64,000 bases of DNA, taken from Heterodontus francisci. Taxonomy: Eukaryota. Positions 12,751 to 24,090 of this stretch are shown here, piece by piece. Location: positions 199,011,864 through 199,075,863 of the forward strand of contig NC_090375.1 in NCBI RefSeq assembly GCF_036365525.1, in the 5' to 3' direction. The notes below the pieces were generated by a model. The model did no database searches. It was not told the DNA's origin and saw only the letters and a program-made list of their open reading frames with translations. How positions within the stretch are numbered: position 1 is the first letter of the stretch; every line of letters begins with the position of its first letter. A program made the position numbers and the translations under genes.

Positions 12751-13044
12751 CATACTGATTTAGATCGAGACTGTGGAAGATCTATGGGAGTTATGGTACA
12801 AACTATAAATTCCACATATTCATTTTGATGCAGTCTTGTTTGGAGTTACAAGGAATATTGCCCAAACCCAAATGGCTGTGTTGTAGAAATAAATTTGCTT
12901 CCATTTAATGGTTGTTGTCCTCAGAATAAACAATCTAACAATGTCCATTACAGGCAATTCCCACTTTTCCTCCCATCACATACAGTTTCTTCTGGCAAAA
13001 GTTTTTGCCCAGTCAGGATGATATGAACCACTTGCAACAGTGGT

Positions 13045-13893
13045 TGCAATAGATAGGCTAGCAGAATGGGCAGACAGGTGGCAGACAGAATTTAATACTG
13101 ACAAGTCTGAGGTGATGCATTTTGGCAGAAGGAATAGGAAGAGGCAATATATACTTAATGGCATAGTTCTGAAGAGTGTGCAGGAACAGAGGAACCTGCG
13201 GGTGGATGTACATCGATTGTTGAAGGTGGCAGGACATATTGAGAGAGTGGTTAGTAAAGCATATGGCATCTTGGGCTTCATAAATAGAGGCATTAAGTAC
13301 AAAAGCAGGGAAGTTATGTTGAGGCTTTTTAAAGCTCTGGTTAGGCCCCAACTGGAGTATTGCATCCAGTTCTGGTCACCACACTTCAGGAAGGATGTGA
13401 GGGTCCTTGAGAGGGTGCAGAGGAGATTTACCCGAATGGTTCCAGGAACGGAGGATTTTAGTCACAAGGTTAGGTTGGAAAAGCTGGGGTTGTTCTCCTT
13501 AGAACAAAAGAATTGAGGGAAGATTTAACAGAAGAGTACCAGCTTAGATAAATTAGACAAGAAAAAAAACTGTTCCCATTAACAAATAGTACAAGGACTA
13601 GGGACACATTTTGAAAGTTTTGGGTAAAAGCTGCAGGGGGAATATGAGGAAGCACTTTTTTTTAACGCAGTGGGTGGTAATGACCTGGAACTCACTGCCC
13701 ACAAGGGTGGAGGAAACAGAGACGATCAATGACTTCAAGAGGATGTTGGATGACCATTTGAGAGAAATAGACTAGCAGGACTATGGGGAAAATCAAGCAG
13801 CGGAGTGGGACTGACTGGTTAGCTCTGTGAAGAGCTGGCATGGACTCGATGAGCTGAATGGCCTCCTTCTGTACCATAAATGACTATCACTCT
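13045..13893 (+). mobile_element. CR1 LINE 3' portion
   Basis: ORF 13040-13516 WADRWQTEFN...LVRPQLEYCIQFWSPH. Confidence 0.9.
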
Positions 13894-14195
13894 AAAGTTA
13901 TCATAAAATTTGCTTCAGCTTAACTTTCTCTATCAAAAAGATAGGACACTGGGAACATCTGGGAAAGTCCAGCTAATACTTTACATTTACAGTCATTAAG
14001 GTCAGGTTAAAGGCAAAGTAAAAATGTATTCTGTTCTGAAAGGGCAATGGGCTGAGAAACAAACAGTCTAGGCTACATGCTCCATAGGACCTGCAGTGTG
14101 TTCAGCCAGAGAAACACAAGCAGGCAGTCTCTGAATGAAAGCTTTCAACTGAACTGACAGAGTGAAGAAGCAATGGAGTCTGGAGCCGGTAGTGA

Positions 14196-17100
14196 TTTTT
14201 TAAAAATTCATTCATGGGATGTGGGCATCGCTGGCCAGGCCAGCATTTATTGCCCATCCCTAATTGCCCTTGAGAAGGTGGTGGTGAGCTGCATTTGAAC
14301 CGCTACAGTCCATGTGGAGTAGGTACACCCACAGTGCTGTTAGGAAGGGAGTTCCAGGATTTTGACCCAGCGACAGTGAAGGAACAGAGATACAGTTCCA
14401 AGTCAGGATGGTGTGTGACTTGGAAGGGAACTTGCAGGTGGTGGTGTTCCCATGTATTTGCTGCCCTTGTCCTTCTAGTTGGTAGAGGTCACGGGTTTGG
14501 AAGGTGCTGTCTAAGGAGCCTTGGTGCATTGCTGCAGTGCATCTTGTACACACTGCTGCCACTGTGCGTCAGTGGTGGAGGGAGTGAATGTTTATAGATA
14601 GGGTGCCAATCAAGCGGGCTGCTTTGTCCTGGATGGTGTCGAGCTTCTTGAGTGTTGTTGGAGCTGCACCCATCCAGGCAAGTGGAGAGTATTCCATCAC
14701 ACTCCTGACTTGTGCCTTATCGATGGTGGACAGGCTTTGGGGAGTCAGGAGGTGAGTTACTCGCCTCAGGATTCCTAGCCTCTGACCTGCTCTTGTAGCC
14801 ATGGTATTTATATGGCTACTCCAGTTCAGGTTCTGGTCAACGGTAACCCCTAGGATGTTGATAGTGGGGGATTCAGCGATGGTAATGCTGTTGAATGTCA
14901 AGGGGAGATGGTTAGATTCTCTCTTGTTGGAGATGGTCATTGTCTGGCACTTGTGTGGCGCAAATGTTACTTGCCACTTATCAGCCCAAGCCTGGATATT
15001 GTCCAGGTCTTGCTGCATTTCTACACGGACTGCTTCAGTATCTGAGGAGTCACGAATGGTGCTGAACATTGTGCAATCATCAGCAAACATCCCCACTTCT
15101 GACCTTATGATTGAAGGAAGGTCATTGATGAAGCAGCTGAAGATGGTTGGGCCTAGGACACTACCCTGAGGAACTCCTGCAGTGATGTCCTGGAGCTCAG
15201 ATGATTGAACTCCAACAACCACAACCATCTTCCTTTGCGCTAGGTATGACTCCAGCCAGCGGAGGATTTTCTCCCTCATTCCCATTGACCTCAGTTTTGC
15301 TCGGGCTCCTTGATGCCATACTCGGTCAAATGCTGCCTTGATGTCAAGGGCAGTCACTCTCACCTCACCTCTTAAGTTCAGCTCTTTTGTCCATGTTTGA
15401 ACCAAGGCTGTAATGAGGTCAGGAGCTGAGTGGCCCTGGTGAAACCCAAACTGAGCATCACTGAGCAGGTTATTGCTAAGCAAGTGCTGCTTGATGGCAC
15501 TGTTGATGACACCTTCCATCACTTTACTGATGATTGAGAGTAGGCTGATGGAGCGGTAATTGGCCAGGTTGGATTTGTCCTGCTTTTTATGTACAGGACA
15601 TACCTGGGCAATTTTCCACATTGCAGGGTAGATGCCAGTGTTGTAGCTATACTGGAACAGCTTGGCTAGCGGCGCGGCAAGTTCTGGAGCACAGGTCTTC
15701 AGTACTATTGCTGGAATATTGTCAGGGCCCATAGCTTTTGCAGTATCCCGTGCCTTCAGTCATTTCTTGATATCACGCAGACTGAATCGAATTGGCTGAG
15801 GTCTGTCATCTGTGATGATGGGGACATCAGGAGGAGGCCGAGATGGATCATCAACTCGGCACTTCTGGCTGAAGATTGGTGCAAATGCTTCAGCCTTATC
15901 TTTCGCACTGATGTGCTGGGCTCCCCCATCATTGAGGATGGGGATATTTGTGGAGCCACCTCCTCCAGTTAGTTGTTTAATTGTCCACCACCATTCACGG
16001 CTGGATGTGGCAGGACTGCAGAGCTTAGGTCTGATCCGTTTGTTATGGGATCGCTTAGTTCTGTCTATCGCATGCTGCTTACGCAATTTGGCACGCAGAT
16101 AGTCCTGGCTTGTAGCTTCACCAGGTTGACACCTCATTTTGAGGTATGCCTGGTGCTGTTCCTGGCATGTCCTCCTGCACTCTTCATTGAACCAGGGTTG
16201 GTCTCCTGGCTTGATGGTAATGGTAGAGTGGGGGATATGCCAGGCCATGAGGTTACAGATTGTGGTTGAGTACAATTCTGCTGCTGCTGATGGCCCACAG
16301 CGCCTCATGGATGCCCAGTTTTGGGTTCTGTTCGATCTGTTCGAAATCTATCCCATTTAGCATGGTGATAGTGCCACACAACACGATGGATGGTATCCTC
16401 AATGTGAAGGCGGGACTTAGTCTCCACAAGTACTGTGCGGTGGTCACTCCTACCAATACAGTCATGGACAGAAGCATCAGCAGCAGGCAGATTGGTGAGG
16501 ACGAGGTCAAGTATGTTTTTCCCTCGTGTTGGTTCCCCCACCACCTGCCGCAGACCCAGTCTAGCAGCCATGTCCTTCAGTACTCGACCAGCTCGGTCAG
16601 TAGTGGCGCTACCGAGCCACTCTTGGTGATGGACATTGAAGTCCCCCACCCAGAGTACATTTTGTGCCCTTGCCACCCTCAGTGCTTCCTCCAAGTGGTG
16701 TTCAACATGGTGGAGTGCTGAGTCATCAGCTGAGGGAGGGCGGTAGGTGGTAATCAGTAGGAGGTTACCTTGCCCATGTTTGACCTGATGCCATGAGACT
16801 TCATGGGGTCCGGAGTCGATGTTGAGGACTCCCAGGGCAACTCCCATCCTATTGTATACCACTGTGCCACCACCTCTGGTGGGTCTGTCCTGCCGGTGGG
16901 ACAGGACATACCGGGGGATGGTGATGGCAGTGTCTGGGACATTGTCTGTAAGGTATGATTCCGCGAGTATGACTATGTCAGGCTGTTGCTTGACTAGTCT
17001 GTGGGACAGCTCTCCCAACTTTGGCACAAGCCCCCAGATGTTAGTAAGGAGGACTTTGCAGGGTCGACAGGGCTGGGTTTGCCGTTGTCGTTTCCGGTGC

Positions 17101-17487
17101 CTAGGTCGATGCCAGGTGGTCCGTCCGGTTTCATTCCTTTTTTATTAACTTTGTAGCGGTTAGGTACAACTAAGTGGCTTGCTAGGCCATCTCAGAGGGC
17201 GTGTAAGAGTCAACCACATTGCTGTGGGTCTGGAGTCACATGTAGGCCAGACCAGGTAAGGACAGCAGATTTCCTTCCCTAAAGGACATTAGTGAACCAG
17301 ATGGGTTTTTACAACAATCTACAATGGTTTCATGGCCATCATTAGACTAGCTTTTAATTCCAGATTTATTAATTAAATTCAAATTCCACCTTCTGCTGTG
17401 GTGGGATTCGTACCCAGTCCCCAGAGAAATTCCCTGGGTCTCTGGGTTACTAGTCCAGTGATAATACCACTAAGCCACTGCCTACCC
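14196..17487 (-). mobile_element. Full-length ORF1-less APE-RT LINE (CR1/L2 group) with a tRNA-derived 5' head; disrupted by a few stops and frameshifts
   Basis: APE motifs (LTNIWGL, PDIVILAES, YRPP, GDFNVH, LDLVLTN, SDH) in 16305-17027; RT motifs (YRSISLL, QFGF, LDIKAAFD, GVPQGSVLGP, FADD) in 14569-15732; 3' end (ATGA)n-T5-A6; A/B boxes at 17403-17477. Confidence 0.9.
17403..17477 (-). promoter_or_regulatory. Internal Pol III (type 2) promoter at the LINE 5' end
   Basis: A box TGGCTTAGTGG (17477-17467); B box GGGTACGAATCCC (17415-17403, one mismatch to GGTTCGAATCC); second copy has TGGCATAGTGG and GGTTCAAATTCC at 45628-45701. Confidence 0.75.
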
Positions 17488-17579
17488 TAAACTGTGTACT
17501 GCTCTTAACACTGTACAATCACTGTTGTGTCCTCACCATTCCCTATGGAGTTTCGCATCATTGTTATATGGAATTATAT

Positions 17580-17953
17580 TGAGAATGGTCGCAGTGGTTC
17601 TGCTACTATGTTCGTAATTGAGAGGGAAGAAGGAGTTCGAATCCCACCTTAGCAACTGCACAATTTAAATTCAATTATTTAAATAAATTGGGAATAAAAA
17701 GCTCATCTCAGTAATGACGATGATGAAACTACTGGATTGTTGTATAAACCCATCTGGTTCACTAACATCCTTCAGTGAGGGAATCCTGCTGTACTTGCCC
17801 AGTCTAGCCTATACATGACACCAGGCCCACACCGATGTGGTTGACTCTTAACTCCTAGCAAGCCGCTCAGTTGTTCAAGAAGGTGACTGAGCATCACTTT
17901 CTCAAAGACAATTAGGGACGGGCAATAAAGTGCCCACATCACATGAATGAATA
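17580..17953 (+). mobile_element. tRNA-SINE made of the 5' ~300 nt and 3' tail of the adjacent LINE family
   Basis: A-like TGGTCGCAGTGG, B box GTTCGAATCCC, body aacccatctggttcactaa...tagcaagccgctcagttg joined to ttcaagaagg...caattagggacgggcaataaa...catgaatgaat. Confidence 0.8.
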
Positions 17954-17954
17954 A

Positions 17955-19210
17955 GTCTACAGCACAAACAGACAATTCAGCCCAACTAGTCCATGCTGGC
18001 GTTTATGCCCAATACGAGCCTCCTGCCACTCCTCCATCTCACCCCATCAGCATATCTTTCTATTCCTTTCTCCCTCGTGTACTTATTCACCTTCCATTTA
18101 AATGCATCTATGCCATTCACCTCAACAATTCTGTGTGGTAGCGAGTTCCATTTATTCTCACCACTCTCTGGGTAAAGAAGTTTCTTCCGAATTCCTTATT
18201 GAATTTATTACGATGATATTCATAGCCCATGGTTTTAGTCTCTTTCCCACCCACCCCACAAGTGGAAACATCTCATGTTTATGTAAAAAAAAAAGACAAA
18301 TTATGCCATATTGCAAATTGTCTCTTTAGAGGTCTCTCCCTCTATTGAGGGGTCTGGACAGAATAGATAGAGAAAAACTGTTCACATTGGCAGAAGTGTC
18401 AAGAACCAGAGGACATTGATTTAAGACAATTGGCATCAGCAATATAAGGAAAAACTTTGTTTTTAAATGCAACGCATGGTTAGGATCTGGAATGGACTAC
18501 CTGAGAGTGTGGTGGAGGGAGATTCAATCATGGTTTCAATAGAGAATTGGATAATTATCTAAAGCAAAAAAATTTGCAGGGCGGCAGGCAAAAGGCAGGG
18601 AGTGGGACTAGGTGAGTTGCTCTTCCAGAGAGCCGGCATGGACATGGCAGGCCGAATGGCCTCCTTCTGTGCTGTAACCATTCTATGATTCTATGTCAAA
18701 ATGAGGCCTTGTCTTCCTGGTCATAGAAAGTTCCAGCACTGAAACAGACCATCCAGCCCATTAAGACTGCATCAGTCGACGTGAGTCACCACAGCTAATA
18801 CCACCCTTCTCTTTGCTTGTTGGAACAGTTAATATTCCATTTTTCCAAGCAATTATAGAATTCCTCTTTAAAAAGAATTTATAGACTTGACAATACAGAA
18901 TTGCCATGAACTTCACTCCCTGTGTAAATAAATATTCCTGCTCTCTTTTTTATAATTCATTTGCGATTATCTTAAATGTATGCCCTCTTGTTAGCACCTC
19001 CCTACCCAGTGGAAAAATATTGACTTTATGGAAACCTTCACTGTCATAAAGACCTCAACAGGTCACTGCTTAACCTACTAAGCTTTAATTTAAAAGAAAT
19101 GCCCCAACTGCTCACGTTTCTCTTCATGACTGTAATCCCTCATCCATACCAATATCCCACTGAGATTATGATGCAAGTTTTCCATTTCTTTAATATCCTT
19201 CCTGTAAAAG
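17955..19210. mobile_element. Three degenerate CR1 3'-end fragments in mixed orientation
   Basis: CR1 3' motifs (ggccgaatggcctccttctgtgctgtaaccattctatgattct on +; cagcac..aaacagacc..tcagccca on -). Confidence 0.6.
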
Positions 19211-20269
19211 GAATGCACAAAGCTTGTACAAGTTCAACATTATCTCCTTGCTTGTGTGTTCTAGATACAAAAATCGAAGATATATAAACTTACAGTGCAA
19301 GACAAGTTTCCTTCCCCTATTTTTATTACCAAAGTAGCTTATTGCACATTTGTGCATAGAACTGTATTGGTGGACATGTTATTTTTAATTTATCCCTCAA
19401 ATTAATAAGGCTCTCATTATATTGAAAATCAGGTGCAGATTTATTAAGCCCACAGTACATGTAATAGAACTTAAATATCCACTTAAGACAGAACTTAACA
19501 TAGCCTGCGGGTTCGGTTGAGGGATACAGGTATGTCACAGTTCTGAGCTTAATATACAGCTTGATCAAACCTGATGGAACAAATGTGTAGGATTCAAAAC
19601 ACTGCCTTTATACTTTCTTACGCCCTCTACATGGCAACTACAAAAAAGTTGTTACGACCCCATAGTAAATTTTAATGAGCTTGGCCCTTTACTTTTCCCG
19701 ACTTAGATTTATTTTTCTGTGCAACTCCCTTAATTTGTTATCTTATCGATAGCTTTACTCTTGTTGCATGTGATTGCAATTCCACCAGGTGAAACTGTTC
19801 ATTACAAGTCTTTAATCCAGCAGGGGCAGCCAAAAGCATGGTTGAAAAGCATGTTTTTCTCATGATGTTTTAAAGGAAGTGGAGAGTTTAGGGAGGAACT
19901 TCCAGAGAGTAGTAACAAGATGAGCTGAAGGCTGTTCCAGCGATTGTAGACCAGCAGGAGGGAGCATACAGAGAAGTTGCATGGGATAGCACTAACGGAG
20001 TGCATTGTGTTGTTGGCATTGGCATGATGGGCCAAATGGCCTCTTTCTATGCTGTATCTAGGTATCATTCTATTTTATAAACCACTCAAACCCCTGCTTC
20101 TACAGCAACTCCACTTAAAAAAGATGATGTACAACCAGGTTTTTCCTTTGCAAAACTAACTGTTTTTTCCTGCTTTTGTCATCAAATATTTAAAGTTCTC
20201 TGAAGTACATGAATCAATATGCAATGGCACGTCTGCCAATTGTGTTTACTAATCTTATTATTGCTTTAA

Positions 20270-20294
20270 AGGTCAGTCTTAGTTCAACAGGTCA
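20270..20294 (+). promoter_or_regulatory. Composite DR5+DR2 nuclear-receptor (RAR/RXR-type) response element
   Basis: AGGTCA-gtctt-AGTTCA-ac-AGGTCA; forkhead site TGTTTAC at 20243-20249; non-repetitive context. Confidence 0.6.
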
Positions 20295-20469
20295 GTGCCT
20301 GCTGCATCTGAATTGGCTTATACTGCACCGTCTAACCGGCAAAGGCTAAAGGTTACTATTACGACAATACATCAATCGCAGTATAACATTAGCAGACATT
20401 AGGAGAGTGTGATTAACCCTTTCCTTACAGTATCAGCCATCTATTTGCCCATCCTGTTCACTTATCGAA

Positions 20470-20878
20470 AAACAACTTGCATTTGTCTAGCACCTTTAAT
20501 GTAATAAAGTATCCCAAGGTGTTTCTTAGGAGTGTTATCAAACAAATTTTGACACCAAGCCACCTAAGCAGACATTAGGATAAGTGACCAAAAGCTGGGT
20601 CAAAGAGTAGGTTTTAAGGAGCTTCTTAAAAGAGGAAAGAGAGGTAGAAAGGCAGAGAGATTTAGGGAGGGAATTCCAGAGTTTAAGCCCTTGGCAGCTG
20701 AAGGCATAGCCGCCAATGGCAGAGGTATTAAAATTAGGTATGTGTAAGAGGCCAGAATTGGAGGAGCACAGATATCTGAGAGGGTAGTGGGGCTGGAAGA
20801 GATTACAGGAAGAGAGAGAGGGCAAGGCCATGGAGGGGTTTGTAAACAGGGATGAGAATTTTAAAATTGAGGCATTGA
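20470..20878 (-). mobile_element. L2 LINE 3' end
   Basis: ORF 20538-20918 ...IGGYAFSCQGLKLWNSLPKSL...SSFKKLLKTY; tail taaaggtgctagacaaatgcaagttgtt. Confidence 0.8.
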
Positions 20879-21802
20879 CTGTTTTACAATTATTGTCACA
20901 ATTTGCTGTCATCGGCAAGTTTCGATATTATTCCCTCAGCTCCTAAGTTCGAATCTCACCATGGCAAGTTGTAAATTGATTTCAATAAATCTGAATTTAT
21001 GGGACTAGGAAAAAATAATTGTTATGAAAGTGCTTCCATTTTTTGTTAAATTTTTGAGGACTTGTGTTTTAAAACTGAACGATTCCATGAATGCTTTTAT
21101 TTTACAAAGTTCACTGAAAGGACACTTGAGATGTTGTTTGAAAACAACTTTAGCTGGAAATCATGTGCTTTTAAGCTCGGTAAACAACAGAAAACTTGGT
21201 GACCTGGGGAAGATGTTTACAGAGAAGTGGCATGTCAAGATTTATGAGTATCAGGAAGTTCTGACATGCTGTTTGGTTTCGCTTCTGAGATGTTGTTTTG
21301 GTTCAGTGAGGTGTGGACTGTGTTTGAAAAGCAGTTGAAGATCAATCTGCCAAAGAATAAACCCCAAGATCATCTTTCCTGAACCTCTATAAGAGGCCCT
21401 GAGAGGTCCAGTGTGTCAGCTCCTCTTTCCTCCTGTTTTTGAAAAAACCCTGCGAAACCAGAGTGTGATAGCAGAAACCCCTGGTGCCACATTTCTCCTG
21501 GAAAGCCTACTAGATTAATTCTCAACATCTCCATAATGAACTGCTTCTGAAAAGATCCCAGTGTCCCGTTTCTGTATACCCGGATGCCAGACCAAAAGAC
21601 AACTGACATCCTTCCATATCTTCTCTTTTTTCTTCAAGAATTAGCAAGTATTTGGCCAAAGCATTCTTTTTTGTCTTTTCTCGTGGCAGATCTCTGCAGA
21701 GAGAATTTATTTTTTCTGTGTGTGTGTGTGAGTTTGTGTGTGGCGGATTTTAAAAGGGAACTTTCATATTTCAATCTGTGTGTCAATGCTTTGCTTCATT
21801 AA

Positions 21803-22390
21803 GCTCAGGGTTATGCTTCTGGACTGAACAGAGGTGTTCTGCAAAGCAGTCACCCAGTCTGCATTCGGTTTTCCCAATGTAGACTAGACCACATTGTGAG
21901 CAGTGAATACAGTACACTAAATTGAAAGAAGTACAAGTAAATCGCTGTTTCATTTGGAGGGTTGGGGCCTTGGACAGTGAGAAGGGAGGAGGTACAAAGG
22001 CAGGTATTGCATCTCCTGCGCTTGCAAGGAAAGGTGCCGGAGGAAAAGGAGGGGTTGTTGGGGTTGACTGAGAACTGGACCAGGGTGTCGCAGAGAGTAT
22101 GGTCCCCTCGGAATGCTGAAAGAGGAGGGGCTGGTGTATTTGGTGATGGCGTCAAGATAGGTGAATTGATGGCACAAATGGAAGTAAACAGGTATGATCG
22201 TGTTGTCATTACGGAGATAAAAACAGAAAGTGCTGGAGATGCTCAGCAGGTCGGGTAGCATCTGTGGAGAGAGAAGCAGAGTTATCATTTTGGGTTTGTG
22301 ACCTTTCATCCGAACACCGAAAGGTTAACTCGGCTTCTGTCTCCACGGGTGCTGCCTCACGTGCTGAGTATTTCCAGCTCTTTCTGTTCC
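21803..22390 (-). mobile_element. Penelope GIY-YIG fragment, short CR1 endonuclease piece and inverted pLTR pair
   Basis: ORF 21850-22209 GTFPCKRRRCNTC homologous to 55600-55800; KIGELMAQMEVNRYDRVVITE CR1 piece at ~22150-22218. Confidence 0.75.
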
Positions 22391-22725
22391 GGGGCGGCGC
22401 AGTGGTTAGCACCGCAGCCTCACAGCTCCAGCGACCTGGGTTCGGTTCTGGGTACTGCCTGTGTGGAGTTTGCAAGTTCTCCCTGTGACCGCGTGGGTTT
22501 CTGCCGGGTGCTCCGGTTTCCTCCCACAGCCAAAGACTTGCAGGTTGATAGGTAAATTGGCCATTGTAAATTGCCCCTAGTATAGGTAGGTGGTAGGAGA
22601 ATTGTGGGGATGTAAGGGAATATGGGATTGACGTAGGATTAATATAAATGGGTGGTTGTTGGTCAGCACAGACTCGGTGGGCCGAAGGGCCTGTTTCAGT
22701 GCTGTATCTCTCTATGATTCTATGA
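22391..22725 (+). mobile_element. HE1-type V-SINE
   Basis: ggcggcgcagtggttagcaccgcagcctcacagctcc head through ctgtatctctctatgattctatg tail. Confidence 0.9.
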
Positions 22726-23359
22726 TTACTCGATAAGTCTTGTTTTATAATAAGCTGATAATTTTGTTGTTTATTAAAGAAACCTGGTTGGTGTATTTTA
22801 TTCTGGGATAAAGAGTAGAGTATATGGTTGACCGCATCGGTAACTGGGTAAACATTTAAATATATGTTGTGACCTATGGAGAAGTGGAACTAGAAAAGAC
22901 AGTGTACTCCTCCCACCTCGGTTGTAACATAATCAAAACCAACCAGATGTTGTTACAACTCAACTGGGGTCACGAATGCCCTTCAAAGAAAGGAACTTTT
23001 CATCCCTACCAGGCATGGCATCTACGTGACTCTATTCACACACTGCGGGTGAATGTTGATGCCCTCAGGGTAATTAGGGATGTGCGATAAATACTGTTCA
23101 TGTCCAAACAAACAAATTGAGATCGAACAAAGATTAACTGGTTAGCCATTTCATTGCTGGCACAGAATGAGTGCCCCCCCCCCCCCCACACCCCTGCCTG
23201 TTGCCTCCAATTTAGCAGTAGCTTTGTGCACATTTGCCACTGCACTAGACAGAGGGACAGAGACATGGTCTACAATCACTTTTATCGATGCAAGGCAAAT
23301 TAAATACGTTTTCTGAAGAAAATGTTTTGGAACACAGTGAAGAGCAATTTGAGACAGGA

Positions 23360-23990
23360 CAGGCTGGATTTTGTGGAGGAGGTGGGGCTCCCGGCGCCAG
23401 GCCGAAAAGGTGGGGGGAATTCCGCCTCAACCTATTCGTGACCCCCGGAGCGATCCTCTGGTGTTTTGAAGCCTAAATGGCCGGCAACAGGATCTTTGTC
23501 CCTTTGAAGACAGGCATCCCGCTTCCAAGAGCTGCCGGCCAATCATAGGGCCAGCAGTTAAGCAGCATCAGCAGCGCCACTGGGAGTGGTGGCCACTGCC
23601 AGAACTGCAGAGGCCTTGGACCCAGGCTCAGCACTGGAACCTCAGACTCCAGGTTAGTGGCACGCGGTTGCCGGGGTTAGTTCTGAAGGCCTCAGCCGGA
23701 GGGGTGGTGGGGGTGGGGTGAGGGGGTGGCGGGAGGATGGGCGTGAAGTCCAGGGGGAGAGTGATCAATGGAGTTGTAGGTTTTGCCAGTGGGAGTCCGT
23801 CAAGTGCCACAGATTGCCCATGAAGGAGGTATCCCCGCCCCCAGGCACACAGGGAGGGCGCATCACTTTACAAGGCGCCCTCCCTGCGTTCTGGAGGAAA
23901 TCCCCCCCCCACCAGCCCTGTGAGATCTCAGCGGTGGTGGGAAGAGGCCCTGAAGTGGCCATTAATAGGCACTTAAAGGCCTCAGTTGGC
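23360..23990. mobile_element. GC-rich non-autonomous DNA transposon (probably Harbinger-related), one end lost
   Basis: Starts ggctggattttg; homologous to 30348-31102 (ggccaatca, agcagcgccac, ccttaagtggc...gccacttaa palindrome). Confidence 0.55.
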
Positions 23991-24071
23991 CTCTGGTATC
24001 GTTTAGTGTGCATAAATCTGGTGCTGCGCCTCTGAGAGTGAGAGGTGGCTCATTGAAGATGAATAAACCTG

Positions 24072-24090
24072 TGGTGCCATCTAGTGGCCA
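24072..24090 (-). promoter_or_regulatory. CTCF-binding motif
   Basis: Minus strand TGGCCACTAGATGGCACCA matches the CCASYAGRKGGCRSY core at all positions. Confidence 0.6.

Larger units (their letters stand above)
21020..22929 (+). mobile_element. Solo LTR with 4-bp TSD (TAAT), carrying nested insertions at ~21801-22725
   Basis: Starts TGTTA (21020), ends TAACA (22929); TAAT at 21016-21019 and 22930-22933. Confidence 0.75.

Noticed and set aside
19326-19568. 80-aa ORF in unique sequence as an exon
   Set aside because: No recognisable protein similarity or convincing splice pair; the same applies to the many other short ORFs that are alternate frames of repeats.
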